Assembly: GCA_963720545.1 (NCBI GenBank)
Contig: OY970399.1
Location: 2,912,001-2,976,000, forward strand
Direction: 5' to 3'
Source: an uncultured Acidobacteriota bacterium
Lineage (GTDB): Bacteria > Acidobacteriota > Vicinamibacteria > Fen-336
DNA: 64,000 nt
Shown: positions 11,168-23,345 of the stretch, piece after piece
Numbering within the stretch: the first letter of the stretch is position 1
Layout: each line of letters begins with the position of its first letter
Made by a program: the position numbers and the translations under genes
Notes under the pieces: generated by a model
The model's input: only the letters and a program-made list of their open reading frames with translations
What the model was told of the DNA's origin: nothing
The model's database searches: none

Positions 11168-12360
11168 GCGCGGCGAAGATCGCCACCGGACCCGACAATC
11201 GCGGCCACTTCGGCGAATACGGCGGGCGCTTCGTTCCCGAGACGCTGATGGAGCCGCTCACGGAGCTCGAGGAGGCCTACGACGAGGCCATCGTCGATCC
11301 CACTTTCCGCACCGACCTCGGCATCCTGCTGCGCGACTTCGTCGGCCGGCCCACCGCCCTCACGCGCGCCACCGGGCTGTCCGAGTCGCTGCGGCTCGCG
11401 CTTTACCTGAAGCGCGAGGATCTGTGCCACACCGGCGCGCACAAGATCAACAACGCCGTGGGGCAGGCGCTCCTGGCGAAGCGCATGCGCAAGACGCGCA
11501 TTGTCGCCGAGACCGGCGCCGGCCAGCACGGCGTCGCGACCGCCACGGTGTGCGCGCTGCTCGGGCTCGAGTGCGTCATCTACATGGGCGCCGTGGACAT
11601 GGCGCGCCAGGCGCCAAATGTCGAGCGCATGCGCCTGCTCGGCGCCAGCGTGCGCCCGGTCGAGTCGGGTGCCAAAACGCTCAAGGACGCGATCAACGAA
11701 GCGCTGCGCGACTGGGTGACGAACGTCCACACCACCCACTACCTGCTGGGCTCGGTTCTGGGACCGCACCCCTATCCGGCGATGGTGCGCGATTTTCACC
11801 GCGTCATCGGGCAGGAAGCGCGCGCCCAGATCATTGCCCAGACCGGCAAGCTGCCCGACATGCTGGTGGCGTGCGTCGGCGGCGGCTCGAACGCTATCGG
11901 CCTCTTCCACGCGTTCCTCGACGATCCCGTAGCGATGGTCGGCGTCGAGGCCGGCGGCCGCTCGCGCCTTCCGGGCGACCACGCCGCGCGCTTCCTCGAT
12001 CCCGCGACCCCGGCCGGGGTGCTGCAGGGGACGCGCACCTACCTGCTGCAGGACGACGCCGGCAACGTGCTGCCCACGCACTCGATTTCCGCGGGCCTCG
12101 ACTACCCGGCGATCGGCCCGGAGCACGCTCTCCTCCGCGACCTCGGCCGCGTCGCCTACACGACCGCCGCCGACGGCGAAGCGGTCGCGGCGTTCCGGCG
12201 CCTGGCGCGCGAAGACGGCATCGTGCCGGCGCTCGAGTCGGCGCACGCGCTCGCCTTCGTGATCCGCGAGCAGCACGCGCTCGTCGGCAAGACGGTCATC
12301 GTCAACCTCAGCGGCCGCGGCGACAAGGACCTCGCCGTGGTCCAGGAGTTCGGGCGATGA
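11164..12360 (+). CDS. trpB: tryptophan synthase beta chain
   Basis: '[13 protein letters not shown]', '[15 protein letters not shown]', 'ETGAGQHG', '[10 protein letters not shown]', 'NLSGRGDKD'. Confidence 0.97.
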   Translation: MSAAKIATGPDNRGHFGEYGGRFVPETLMEPLTELEEAYDEAIVDPTFRTDLGILLRDFVGRPTALTRATGLSESLRLALYLKREDLCHTGAHKINNAVGQALLAKRMRKTRIVAETGAGQHGVATATVCALLGLECVIYMGAVDMARQAPNVERMRLLGASVRPVESGAKTLKDAINEALRDWVTNVHTTHYLLGSVLGPHPYPAMVRDFHRVIGQEARAQIIAQTGKLPDMLVACVGGGSNAIGLFHAFLDDPVAMVGVEAGGRSRLPGDHAARFLDPATPAGVLQGTRTYLLQDDAGNVLPTHSISAGLDYPAIGPEHALLRDLGRVAYTTAADGEAVAAFRRLAREDGIVPALESAHALAFVIREQHALVGKTVIVNLSGRGDKDLAVVQEFGR

Positions 12361-13133
12361 CGATGAGCCGCATCGCGCAGCGCTTCGACGAACTGCGCGC
12401 ACGCGACGCCAAGGCGTTCATCGCCTTCATCACCGCCGGCGACCCGTCGCTCGAGCGCACCATCGAAATCGCCGCGGCGCTCGACCAGGCCGGCGTCGAC
12501 GTGCTCGAGCTGGGCGTGCCGTTCTCCGATCCGATGGCCGACGGGCCGGTCATCCAGCGCTCGAGCGAGCGCGCGTTGCGCAACCACACCTCCCTCGGCC
12601 AGGTGCTCGCCATCTGTTGCGCCATCCGCCAGGTCACGGCGATGCCGCTGCTGCTCTTTTCCTACTTCAACCCGATCCTGCGCTACGGCATGGAGAAGTT
12701 CGCGCGCGACGCGCGCGAGGCCGGCGCCGACGGCGTGCTCATCACCGACCTGCCGCCCGAGGAAGCCGACGAGTGGGTGGCCATCGCGCGCACGCACGAC
12801 CTCGACACCGTGTTTCTCGCCAGCCCGACCTCGCCCTACAGCCGGCTGCGGCGGGTGGCGGCGCTGAGCCGCGGCTTCGTCTACGCCATCAGCCGCGCCG
12901 GCACCACCGGCGAAGCCCAGGCGCTCTCGAGCGAGGCGGCGCCGCTCGTCGAGATCCTGCGCGAGATCACCGCGCTGCCGGTGGCGCTCGGCTTCGGCAT
13001 CGCCAGCGCGGCGCAGGTGCGTGAGGCGAACCAGTGCGCCGACGGCGTCGTGGTCGGCAGTGCCCTCGTGCGCCTGCTCGAGGAGGACCCTTCAGCCGAC
13101 CTTGTCGCCTGGGTGAAAAAGCTGCGGTCTTGA
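12357..13133 (+). CDS. trpA: tryptophan synthase alpha chain
   Basis: 'FITAGDP', '[17 protein letters not shown]', 'DLPPEE', 'GFGI', 'DGVVVGSA'. Confidence 0.96.
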   Translation: MTMSRIAQRFDELRARDAKAFIAFITAGDPSLERTIEIAAALDQAGVDVLELGVPFSDPMADGPVIQRSSERALRNHTSLGQVLAICCAIRQVTAMPLLLFSYFNPILRYGMEKFARDAREAGADGVLITDLPPEEADEWVAIARTHDLDTVFLASPTSPYSRLRRVAALSRGFVYAISRAGTTGEAQALSSEAAPLVEILREITALPVALGFGIASAAQVREANQCADGVVVGSALVRLLEEDPSADLVAWVKKLRS

Positions 13134-13148
13134 AGGCATAATGGATTC

Positions 13149-13982
13149 ATGAAGCTTGTGGTCCGCGCCGCCGCCCTCGCCACCACCGTGGCTGCGTCAC
13201 TGGCAGTGTCGTTTACGGCGGCCGGTGGCGCCGTTGCTGCCGAGCGCACACCGGTGCTCGTCGAGCTGTTCACCGCCGAGGGCTGCTCGAGCTGCCCGCC
13301 GGCCGACACGCTCCTCAGCATGCTGATCTCGAAGCAGCCGATCGAGGGCATCGAGATCATCGGCCTCAGCGAACACGTCGACTACTGGGACGACCTCGGC
13401 TGGCACGATCCGTTCTCGTCGCGGCGTTTCAGCGAGCGCCAGGCGCTGTTCGCGCAAAGCTTCGGCGACCCGCGCGCGGTGTTCACCCCGCAGGCGGTGG
13501 TGCAGGGGCGCGGGGCGGTGAACGGCGCCGACTACGCAGGCATCAGGCGCCTCGCGGTCGAGGCGGCTGCCGGGCCGCTCGTCCCGGTGACGCTCGAAGC
13601 CACCCGCGGCGGTGGCAAGGCACGTGTCACGGTGCGCGCCGGCGTGCGGCCCGAGGCGCTTCGCAAATCGAAGCTGCGCGTGCAGGTGGCGATCGTCGAG
13701 GATGAGCTCGCCACGCAGGTGACGAGCGGCGAGAACGCCAACAAGCGCCTCACCCACGACGGCGTCGTGCGCAGCCTGGATAGCGCCGGCGAGCTTGCGG
13801 GCGGCGACGCCCCGGGCGAGCTGGTCAAGGAACTGCCGCTCGGCAGCGGCTGGGCCGCAGGCAAGCTGCGCGCGATCGTGTTCCTGCAGGACCCGCGCTC
13901 GCTGCGTGTCGTCGGCGTCGCCACAGCGCCACTGGGCGCCGCCGCGGCCGCCGCCGCTCAGGCGCCGGCCGAAGCCCGGTAG
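13149..13982 (+). CDS. DUF1223-family thioredoxin-like secreted protein
   Basis: Signal peptide then 'VELFTAEGCSSCPPAD', 'HVDYWD.LGW.DPF', 'FTPQAVV', 'GENA..RLTH'. Confidence 0.85.
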   Translation: MKLVVRAAALATTVAASLAVSFTAAGGAVAAERTPVLVELFTAEGCSSCPPADTLLSMLISKQPIEGIEIIGLSEHVDYWDDLGWHDPFSSRRFSERQALFAQSFGDPRAVFTPQAVVQGRGAVNGADYAGIRRLAVEAAAGPLVPVTLEATRGGGKARVTVRAGVRPEALRKSKLRVQVAIVEDELATQVTSGENANKRLTHDGVVRSLDSAGELAGGDAPGELVKELPLGSGWAAGKLRAIVFLQDPRSLRVVGVATAPLGAAAAAAAQAPAEAR

Positions 13983-15469
13983 CGCTCCGCCGCGGCCACG
14001 CGCTCGATGACGGCCGCCAGCTTCTCCATCGCGGGTCCGGCGTCCCCGGGGCGCACGGCGCCGAACCCCAGCACCAGCGCATTCTGTGGCGCGCCGCTCG
14101 CGAACCAATAGGCGGAAAGCGGCATCACCTCGATGCCCGCGGCGAGCGCCGCGGTGAACACCGAGTGTGCGTCGGCTTCCGGCAGGTCGGCGACGAGGTG
14201 CAGGCCGGTGCGCACCTGGCGCAGCGCCAGGGCGCCGCTCGCGTGCCGGCGCGCCGCCTCGACCAGCGCCTCGAGGCGTTCGCGGTAGGCCGACTGCATG
14301 CGCCGCAGGTGGCGAGCGAAATGGCCGCCGGCGATGAAGTCGGCGAGCACCGCCTGGTCGACGAACGGCGGGTGCGCTTCGGTCGCGCGGCGGATGCCGA
14401 CGAACTTGTCGCGCAGGCCCGCCGGCACGATGAGGAAGCCGAGCCGCAGCGAGGGGAACACCGTCTTCGCGAAGCTGCCGAGATAGATCACGCGGCCGTC
14501 GGCGTCGAGGCCGTGCAGGCACGGGATCGGGCGCGTGCCGTGGCGGAACTCGCTGTCGTAGTCGTCCTCGACGATCCAGGCGCGCGCCGCCTGCGCCCAG
14601 CGCAGCAGCGCCAGCCGCCGCGGCAGGCTCATCGGGACGCCCAGCGGAAACTGGTGCGACGGCGTCACGTAGGCCATGCGCGCGCCTGGCGCGCGCTTCT
14701 GTGCTTCCTCGACGTCGAGGCCGTCGGCGTCCACCGGCATCGAGGCGATGCGCGCCCCGGCCGCGACGAACGCGCCGCGCGCACCGGGATAGCCGGGATC
14801 CTCGAGCCACACCTCGTCGCCCGGATCGAGCAGCAGCCGGCAGACGTAACTGAGGGCGTGCTGCGCGCCCGCCACCACGATCACCTGCGAGGGCTCGCAG
14901 CGCGTGCCGCGCGCGGCGCTCACGTGTGCGGCGATCGCCTCGCGCAGCGGCGCGTAGCCGGAAGGATCGCCGTAGTCGAGCTGCGCCGCGCCGAGGGCGT
15001 GCAGCCGGCGGTGGGCGAGCTGCGCCCAGAGGCGCACCGGGAACAGGTCGACGGCCGGCACGCCGATCCGGAACGCGCGCGGCGGGCCGATGATGCGGCG
15101 CGCCGCGGGCGGCACGCCCGAGATCGAATCGCCGCGCGCCGAGAGCGGCGGGTGCCGGCCGGTCTGCGGCTGCGCCAGCACGATGCGCGGCAGGTCGTCG
15201 GGCAGTTCGCCGGCGACGAACGTGCCGGAGCCGCGGCGCGCGGTGAGGTAGCCCTCGGCGAGCAGCTGCTCGAGGGCGAGGAGCGCGGTGGTGCGCGACA
15301 CGCGCAGGTCGAGCGCCAGCGCGCGCGACGAGAGCATGCGCATCCCCGGGCGCAGCACGCCGCCCAGGATCGCCTGGCGAATGCCCGAGTAAATCTGCTG
15401 CTGGAGCGGATCGCTCGCATTCGGGTCGACGCGGATCATGAGGCTCTGGGGCCTGGGGGCGGGGGTCAT
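13958..15469 (-). CDS. MocR/GabR-family PLP-dependent transcriptional regulator (GntR wHTH + aminotransferase domain)
   Basis: N-terminal 'LQQQIY..IRQAI..G.LRPG..SSRALA.DLRVSR'; 'EDPGYPG', 'YVTPSHQFPLG', 'IVEDDYDSEF', 'GSFAK'; start could also be 15439. Confidence 0.92.
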   Translation of the reverse strand: MTPAPRPQSLMIRVDPNASDPLQQQIYSGIRQAILGGVLRPGMRMLSSRALALDLRVSRTTALLALEQLLAEGYLTARRGSGTFVAGELPDDLPRIVLAQPQTGRHPPLSARGDSISGVPPAARRIIGPPRAFRIGVPAVDLFPVRLWAQLAHRRLHALGAAQLDYGDPSGYAPLREAIAAHVSAARGTRCEPSQVIVVAGAQHALSYVCRLLLDPGDEVWLEDPGYPGARGAFVAAGARIASMPVDADGLDVEEAQKRAPGARMAYVTPSHQFPLGVPMSLPRRLALLRWAQAARAWIVEDDYDSEFRHGTRPIPCLHGLDADGRVIYLGSFAKTVFPSLRLGFLIVPAGLRDKFVGIRRATEAHPPFVDQAVLADFIAGGHFARHLRRMQSAYRERLEALVEAARRHASGALALRQVRTGLHLVADLPEADAHSVFTAALAAGIEVMPLSAYWFASGAPQNALVLGFGAVRPGDAGPAMEKLAAVIERVAAAERYRASAGA

Positions 15470-15605
15470 CTCTATGCGGCGGGGTGTTGCCTCATTCGAG
15501 GGTAGCACCGTGCCGGAGGGCTCCACATCTATTTGCAGTCGCGGCCAACTGGACACATGCGCCGCAGCCAAAGTGGCCCTTCACGGCGCGTGTAGGCTAG
15601 GCGCC

Positions 15606-16082
15606 ATGAGCGAGACTCCGGTGCCTACCCTGTCCCCGCTGCAGGCCATCGTGCGCGGCGGCACCCTCATCGGGCTCTTCGACTTCGCCTACGCGAACAT
15701 CCTGACACTGGCCGCGGGGCGACCGTGGCAAGCGGTCTGGAAGTTCGTTGCCTCGGCGCTCCTGGGCCCGCAGGCGCGCACCGGCGGTTTTGGCATGACA
15801 CTCGCCGGCATCGCCTGCCACTTCACCGTCGCGTTCTCCATCGTCACCGCCTACGTCGTCGTCAGCCGCTACTGGCCGCTGCTCACGCGGCAGGCCGTGC
15901 CGATGGGCATGCTCTACGGCGCCTTCGTCTACTGCGTGATGAACTGGGTGGTCATCCCGATGACGCGACTCGCGGTGTTCCCGCGCCCGGCTCTATGGAA
16001 CTTCCTGCTCTCGATCGCGGTCCACATCTTCCTCATCGGCCTGCCGGCCGCGCTCTTCGCCCGCCGCGTTCGTTGGCAGTGA
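15606..16082 (+). CDS. conserved hypothetical membrane protein (about 4 TM), divergent from MocR
   Basis: Hydrophobic segments; 'VASALLG..A..GG', 'HFTVAF', 'YGAFVYCVMNWVVIP'; TAGGCT -10-like box 7 bp before ATG. Confidence 0.7.
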   Translation: MSETPVPTLSPLQAIVRGGTLIGLFDFAYANILTLAAGRPWQAVWKFVASALLGPQARTGGFGMTLAGIACHFTVAFSIVTAYVVVSRYWPLLTRQAVPMGMLYGAFVYCVMNWVVIPMTRLAVFPRPALWNFLLSIAVHIFLIGLPAALFARRVRWQ

Positions 16083-16094
16083 TCTAATGGGGGC

Positions 16095-16889
16095 ATGCCG
16101 CCGAGCGATTCCGCAGCTCCAGCCTTCGCCATCGTCGCCGAGGAGCTGACCAAGAAGTTCCGCGACGTTGCCGCAGTCGACGCGCTCACCCTGCGCGTGG
16201 CGCGCGGCCGCTTCTTCGGCTTCCTCGGGCCGAACGGCGCCGGCAAGAGCACCACCATGCGCGTGCTGGCCGGCCTGCTGCGTCCCACCAGCGGCCGCGT
16301 GCTCATCGAGGGCATCGACGTCGCGAAGGACCCGCTGGCGGTGAAGCGCATCATCGGCATCGTCCCCGAGGAGCCGCCGCTCTACGAGCGCCTGACCGGT
16401 GCCGAGTACCTGCGTTTCTGCGGCCGCATGTACGGCCTCGCGAACGCCGAGACCGAGCGGCGCGCCGGCGAGCTGCTCGCGTTCCTGTCTTTGGACGCCG
16501 AAGCGGGCAAGCTGATCGTCGACTACTCGCAGGGGATGCGGAAAAAGCTGGCGCTCTGCGCCGCGCTGATCCACTCGCCGCAGGTGCTGTTCCTCGACGA
16601 GCCTCTGAACGGCATCGACCCGGTGTCGGCGCGCATCGTCACCGACCTGCTCACGAGCCTGACCCGGCGCGGCGTCACCTTGTTCTTCACCTCGCACGTC
16701 CTCGACGTGGTGGAGCGGCTGTGCGACGAGGTCGCGATCATCGACCGCGGCCGGATCCTCGCGCAGGGCACGCTCGACGAGATCCGCGCGCAGCGCAACG
16801 CCGCGGGCGCCTCGCTCGAAGACGTGTTCCTGAAGCTGGTGTCGGCCGACGTACAGCGCGCCGACCTCACCTGGATGGACGCGCGCTAG
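16095..16889 (+). CDS. ABC transporter ATP-binding protein (exporter type)
   Basis: Walker A 'GPNGAGKST', signature 'YSQGMRKK', Walker B 'LFLDEP', H-loop 'TSH'. Confidence 0.92.
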   Translation: MPPSDSAAPAFAIVAEELTKKFRDVAAVDALTLRVARGRFFGFLGPNGAGKSTTMRVLAGLLRPTSGRVLIEGIDVAKDPLAVKRIIGIVPEEPPLYERLTGAEYLRFCGRMYGLANAETERRAGELLAFLSLDAEAGKLIVDYSQGMRKKLALCAALIHSPQVLFLDEPLNGIDPVSARIVTDLLTSLTRRGVTLFFTSHVLDVVERLCDEVAIIDRGRILAQGTLDEIRAQRNAAGASLEDVFLKLVSADVQRADLTWMDAR

Positions 16890-16890
16890 C

Positions 16891-18504
16891 GTGAACACCC
16901 TCGTCGCGGTCGTCGCCCTGCGCCTGAAGCTCGACTGGCGCGCGCTGGGCGCGGCGCGCGAGCGCCTGGCCGGCCTGGTGGTGATGACGGCGCTGCTGCT
17001 CGCCGGTTCGTCCGGCCTCGCGATCGGCGTCTATTTCACGCTGCGCGGCCTGGCGGCAGTGGACAAGGCGGCGGCGCTGGCGGTCGTCTGCGCCTGGTCG
17101 GGCCTGTTCGGCATCCTCGGGCTCTTCGGGCCGATGATCTCGCGCGCTTCGGTGGCCGAGAGCCACGACTACTCGCGGCTCCTGCACATGCCGGTGCGCG
17201 CGGGGACGCTGGCGGCTGCGTCGCTCATCGCGAACCTGCTGCAGCCGCTGGTGCTCACCCAGCTGCCCATCTTCCTGGCGGCGTCCTTCGCCGTGTCGCG
17301 GTCGCTGGCGGCGGTGCCGTTCACCGCCGCAGGCTTCGCCATTTCCTACGCGACCATCCTGGTTGCCGCGCAGGCGGGCGCACTCGCGAGCCACGCGTTG
17401 CAGCGCAGCCGCCGCTACCGCGATCCAGCGCTCTTCCTGGCCGTCGCCGGCAGCCTGGCGTTCGGCCTGCTGCCGTTCGTGTTCATCGCGCGCCCTGGCC
17501 TGTGGCGCGCGTTCTTCGACGTCCTCACCCGCACGCGCGTTCTCTCCTGGCTGCCGTTCTCCTACGGGGCGCAGGCCGCGGTGCACGCCGGGTCGGGCAG
17601 CCTGGCGCTGTTCGCGCTCTTCGCCCTGGGCGGTCTCGTCACCGTCGCTGTGGGGATGGCGATCGCGACGCGCCTCGTGTCGGTAGTGCACGGCGGCGAG
17701 CTCGACCTTGGCACGGCCAGGCAGCGCGGCACGCGCCGCGCCCTGCTGCGCCTGCCCGGCAGCATCGGCGCCATCATCGAGAAGGACCTGCGCACGCTGT
17801 GGCGCGATCCGGCGATGCGCGCCTCGCTGCTCAGCGGCTTCTTCGGCCCGGTCCTCTACCTCTACCTGATGATGCGCCAGGGGCGCGGCCTCGCCTCCGG
17901 TTACTCCGTCATGTTCCTCGCGATGTTCATCGGCGGCACCAGCCTCGGCGGCGGGGCCTTCGGCATGGAGCGCGGTTCGCTGGCGCAGCTCTTCGCCTTT
18001 CCGGTCGCGCGCTGGAAGATGCTGGTCGCGAAGAACGTTTCGGTGTCGTTCTTCAAGGTGCCGGGCTTCCTGATACTGGCGGGCGCGACCGTGTTCTTCG
18101 TGCCGCTCGCGCGTTGGCCGTTCGTCGCCATGGCCGGGCTCGTCACTTTGATGATGGCGGCGGCCGTGGACAGCATCGTGTCGATCCGCTTCCCGTTCAC
18201 GCCGCCGCGTCCCGGCACCACCCCGGGCGCGTATTCGGCGTCGACCGCGTCGGGCATGAGCCGCTTCCTGGTGTCGTTCGGCGGCTTCTTCGCGGTGCTG
18301 CTTGCGGCCGCGCCATTCGTGTTCCTCATCTGCCTGCCGCTGCTCTTCGCAAGGCCTGTGCTCGGCGGGTTGTTCCTGCCGCTCGCGTTCGCCGGCGCGG
18401 CTGCGGTCTACGCACTCGCGGTGCACGCCGCCGAAGCCCTGCTGCGGCGCCGCGAAGCGGATCTCCTCGAGCGCGTCAGCGTGGAGGCGCGGGCGAGCGG
18501 CTAG
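16891..18504 (+). CDS. putative ABC exporter permease (multi-TM)
   Basis: Many hydrophobic segments, 'IIEKDLRTLWRDP'; starts 1 bp after the ABC ATPase stop. Confidence 0.7.
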   Translation: MNTLVAVVALRLKLDWRALGAARERLAGLVVMTALLLAGSSGLAIGVYFTLRGLAAVDKAAALAVVCAWSGLFGILGLFGPMISRASVAESHDYSRLLHMPVRAGTLAAASLIANLLQPLVLTQLPIFLAASFAVSRSLAAVPFTAAGFAISYATILVAAQAGALASHALQRSRRYRDPALFLAVAGSLAFGLLPFVFIARPGLWRAFFDVLTRTRVLSWLPFSYGAQAAVHAGSGSLALFALFALGGLVTVAVGMAIATRLVSVVHGGELDLGTARQRGTRRALLRLPGSIGAIIEKDLRTLWRDPAMRASLLSGFFGPVLYLYLMMRQGRGLASGYSVMFLAMFIGGTSLGGGAFGMERGSLAQLFAFPVARWKMLVAKNVSVSFFKVPGFLILAGATVFFVPLARWPFVAMAGLVTLMMAAAVDSIVSIRFPFTPPRPGTTPGAYSASTASGMSRFLVSFGGFFAVLLAAAPFVFLICLPLLFARPVLGGLFLPLAFAGAAAVYALAVHAAEALLRRREADLLERVSVEARASG

Positions 18505-18513
18505 ACTTTGGCC

Positions 18514-19881
<1,368 letters not shown>

Positions 19882-19885
19882 GGAC

Positions 19886-21070
19886 ATGGCTGCTGGCGAC
19901 GTGGTGATCCTGTCCGGCTGCCGCACGCCGATCGGCGCTTTCGGCGGCGCGTTGCGCGACGTCTCAGCCGTGGCGCTCGGCCGCATCGTGGTTGCCGAGG
20001 CGGTGCGCCGCGCCGGCATCGCGCCGGACGCGGTGGACGAAGTGATCCTCGGCTGCATCCTACAGGCGGGGCTCGGCATGAACCCCGCCCGCCAGGCCGC
20101 GGTTCTCGCCGGCATACCGAAGTCGGTGCCCGCGCACACGGTCAACAAGGTCTGCGGCTCCGGCCTCAAGGCGGTGATGCTCGCGGCGCAGGCGATCAAG
20201 GCCGGGGACGCGGAAGTGGTGGTGGCCGGCGGTACCGAGAGCATGAGCGGCGCGCCGTACCTGGTGCCGGGCGCGCGCTGGGGCCAGCGGCTCGGCCACG
20301 GCGAGCTGTTCGACCACATGCTGCACGAGGGGCTCACCGACGCGTTCGCCGACATCCACATGGGCATCACCGCCGAGAACGTCGCCGACAAGTACCAGGT
20401 GACGCGCGCGGCGCAGGACGAGTTCGCGGCGCAGAGCCAGGCGCGCGCCGCGGCCGCCATCGCGGCGGGCAGCTTCAAGGACGAGATCGTCGCCGTGCCG
20501 GTGCCGCAGAAGAAGGGCGCGCCGCTTGCGTTCGACACCGACGAGTATCCGCGCGCCACCACCACCGAGGCGCTCGCGAAGCTGCGGCCCGCCTTCCGCA
20601 AGGACGGCTCGGTGACCGCTGGCAACGCGAGCGGCATCAACGACGGCGCCGCGGCGCTGGTGGTGGCCTCGGCGGAGCGCGCGCCGGCTCTCGGCGCACG
20701 GCCGCTGGCACGCATCGCCGGCTACGCCTCGGTCGGCGTCGAACCGGCGCTCATGGGGATCGGTCCGGTGGAGGCGGTGCGCAAGGCTTTGCGCAAGGCC
20801 GGGCTCGCGATCTCCGACATCGACCTGTTCGAGCTGAACGAGGCGTTCGCGTCGCAGAGCCTCGCCGTCGTGCGGGATCTCGGCATCGACGCGGCGCGGG
20901 TCAACGTCAACGGCGGCGCGATTGCGCTCGGCCACCCGATCGGCGCGTCGGGCGCACGGGTACTCGTGACGCTGCTGCACGCGATGCGCGCCCGCTCCGC
21001 CCGCCGCGGCGTCGCGAGCCTGTGCATTGGCGGCGGCCAGGGCGTGGCGATGGTGGTCGAGGCGCTCTAA
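19886..21070 (+). CDS. acetyl-CoA C-acetyltransferase (thiolase)
   Basis: '[11 protein letters not shown]', '[14 protein letters not shown]', 'ELNEAFA', '[15 protein letters not shown]', 'LCIGGGQG'. Confidence 0.95.
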   Translation: MAAGDVVILSGCRTPIGAFGGALRDVSAVALGRIVVAEAVRRAGIAPDAVDEVILGCILQAGLGMNPARQAAVLAGIPKSVPAHTVNKVCGSGLKAVMLAAQAIKAGDAEVVVAGGTESMSGAPYLVPGARWGQRLGHGELFDHMLHEGLTDAFADIHMGITAENVADKYQVTRAAQDEFAAQSQARAAAAIAAGSFKDEIVAVPVPQKKGAPLAFDTDEYPRATTTEALAKLRPAFRKDGSVTAGNASGINDGAAALVVASAERAPALGARPLARIAGYASVGVEPALMGIGPVEAVRKALRKAGLAISDIDLFELNEAFASQSLAVVRDLGIDAARVNVNGGAIALGHPIGASGARVLVTLLHAMRARSARRGVASLCIGGGQGVAMVVEAL

Positions 21071-21090
21071 GAGCGCTCCCGCGCGTGTCG

Positions 21091-21120
21091 TTGACACTCC
21101 GCTTCGTCCTCGACTACAGT
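21091..21120 (+). promoter_or_regulatory. candidate sigma70 promoter of rho
   Basis: TTGACA (21091-21096), 18 bp, TACAGT (21115-21120), about 70 bp upstream of rho ATG. Confidence 0.6.
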
Positions 21121-21191
21121 TCCCTCGTTCCCCATCCAACCTGATCGCAATCCCGCAGAAGTCCGGTCTCGCCCCTGTCGCGAAGAGCCTG

Positions 21192-22649
21192 ATGCCAGAA
21201 GAAGACACGTCCAATCCCCCCGCCAGGAATGGCGCCGCAAAGCGTCCGCGCCGCCCCGAGCGGCCGCCGAAGGCGGAGCGCCCTGCGGAAGCTGCCGCCG
21301 CGGTAGCCGAGCCGGTTGCAGAGGCCGACGACTCGCCCGAGGCCGCACCGGCCGTCAACGCCACGGCCGAAGCGGGAGAGCCCGAGAACCGACTCGACCT
21401 GGCGGTGCTCAAGGAAATGAGCATCAACAACCTGGTGGCGGTGGCGAAAGAGCACGACATCCCAGGTGCCGCGACCATGAAGAAGCAGGAGCTGGTGTTC
21501 CAGATCCTGCGCGCCCAGACCGAGAAGCAGGGGCTGATCTTCTCCGAGGGCGTGCTCGAGATCCTGCCCGACGGGTTCGGCTTCCTGCGCGCCCCCGAGT
21601 ACTGCTACCTGCCGGGCCCCGACGACATCTACGTCTCGCCCTCGCAGATCCGCAAGTTCGACCTGCGCACCGGCGACACCATCAGCGGCCAGATCCGTCC
21701 GCCGAAGGAAGACGAGCGCTACTTCGCGCTCATCAAGGTGGACGCCGTCAACTTCGAGCCGCCCGACCGCTCGAAGGAGAAGATCCTCTTCGACAACCTC
21801 ACGCCGCTCTACCCGCAGGACCGCATCCGCCTCGAGCACCAGCCCGAGGCGATCACCGGCCGCATCCTCGACCTGCTGGCGCCGCTCGGCAAGGGTCAGC
21901 GGGCGCTGATCGTGGCCGCGCCGCGCACCGGCAAGACCATGATCCTGCAGGCGATCGCGAACTCGATCAGCGCCAACCATCCGGAAGTGAGCCTGATCGT
22001 GCTGCTCATCGACGAGCGGCCCGAAGAGGTCACCGACATGCAGCGCTCGGTGCAGGGCGAGGTGATCTCCTCGACCTTCGACGAGCCCGCCGACCGCCAC
22101 GTGCAGGTGGCGGAGATGGTGCTGGAGAAGGCCAAGCGCCTGGTCGAGCACAAGAAGGACGTCGTCATCCTGCTCGACTCCATCACGCGCCTGGCGCGCG
22201 CCTACAACGCCATCGTGCCGGCCTCGGGCAAGATCCTCTCGGGCGGCGTCGACTCCAACGCGCTGCAGCGGCCCAAGCGCTTCTTCGGCGCGGCGCGCAA
22301 CGTCGAGGAGGGCGGCAGCCTGACGATCATCGCGACCGCCCTGGTCGAGACCGGCTCGCGCATGGACGAGGTGATCTTCGAGGAGTTCAAGGGCACCGGC
22401 AACGCCGAGATCGTGCTCGACCGCAAGCTCAGCGACAAGCGCATCTTCCCGTCGATCGAGATCAACAAGAGCGGCACCCGCAAGGAAGAGCTGCTGATCC
22501 CGAAGGACGAGTTGAACCGCACCTGGATCCTGCGCAAGGTGCTGAACTCGCTGTCGCCGGTGGAGGCGATGGAACTGCTCACCGAGCGGCTGGTGAAGTC
22601 GAAGTCGAACCGCGAGTTCCTCGAGAACATGTCGAACGGCGGCGGCTAG
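21192..22649 (+). CDS. rho: transcription termination factor Rho
   Basis: '[15 protein letters not shown]', '[18 protein letters not shown]', '[16 protein letters not shown]', '[10 protein letters not shown]'; Ala/Pro/Glu-rich N-terminal extension. Confidence 0.97.
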   Translation: MPEEDTSNPPARNGAAKRPRRPERPPKAERPAEAAAAVAEPVAEADDSPEAAPAVNATAEAGEPENRLDLAVLKEMSINNLVAVAKEHDIPGAATMKKQELVFQILRAQTEKQGLIFSEGVLEILPDGFGFLRAPEYCYLPGPDDIYVSPSQIRKFDLRTGDTISGQIRPPKEDERYFALIKVDAVNFEPPDRSKEKILFDNLTPLYPQDRIRLEHQPEAITGRILDLLAPLGKGQRALIVAAPRTGKTMILQAIANSISANHPEVSLIVLLIDERPEEVTDMQRSVQGEVISSTFDEPADRHVQVAEMVLEKAKRLVEHKKDVVILLDSITRLARAYNAIVPASGKILSGGVDSNALQRPKRFFGAARNVEEGGSLTIIATALVETGSRMDEVIFEEFKGTGNAEIVLDRKLSDKRIFPSIEINKSGTRKEELLIPKDELNRTWILRKVLNSLSPVEAMELLTERLVKSKSNREFLENMSNGGG

Positions 22650-22803
22650 TCATCGACGGATTGGCTCCCGTCCCGTTCCAATCCGTCGATTTCCTTCGTC
22701 CGTTGCCCAGGCGCTTGCGTCAGCGTCCGTCATCGACGGATTGGCTCCCGTCCCCGTCCAATCCGTCGATTTCCGTTCCCAGGCGCTTGTCGTCAGCGTC
22801 CGT
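22649..22803 (+). repeat. two tandem REP-like hairpin units (80-bp period)
   Basis: ATCGACGGATTGG-13 nt loop-CCAATCCGTCGAT at 22652-22690 and 22732-22770, each followed by a CAGGCGCTTG..GTCAGCGTCCGT module. Confidence 0.85.
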
Positions 22804-23345
22804 TCCCGTCCGAGGAACCCGCAGAGTAAAACCCCGTGGCTTTAGTCCGCGCTACTTGCCAGCGTACGCGCGGGAACTCGTTCCGGAACGAGTTGACCAT
22901 CATTCGCGGCCACCGCATCAAGGCTGATGCGTTTCGGTTCTCGGCGTGGTGGACTGCGTCCGGACGCAGTTGAATCGGTGCGTTGGTACGCGATGGCCGG
23001 GCCGGCGCTTTGGGGACAGGGCAACGCCCGAGAAGGCTTTTGGGTTGTCTAGCAGCACCATTGACTGCTAGACGGCCCAAAGTATGGGAGCCCTCGGCAA
23101 TTTGGGGAGACCGCGGCGAGCAACTGCGTCCGGACGCATTTGGCTATGTGCGTTGACAAGCAATGGCGGGCGGGTGACAAGGACGGCGAGTGGTTCAAGG
23201 ACTTGGGCGGAGATGGGTTCGGACGCGGGCGAACGAGCGAAGATTTTCCCGAGCCGAACGGCCCGCGCGGAGACCACTGACGGGCAGGGACGGGACGCCA
23301 GTCCGTCGACGACGGACCGAACGCCCGGGGAACGGAACGAAGGAA

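Noticed and set aside
22828..22851. AAAACCCCGTGGCTTTAGTCCGCG resembling an IS200/IS605 end hairpin (GGCTTTAGCC type)
   Set aside because: The stem is imperfect, there is a single copy, and no tnpA/tnpB is nearby; at most a decayed remnant
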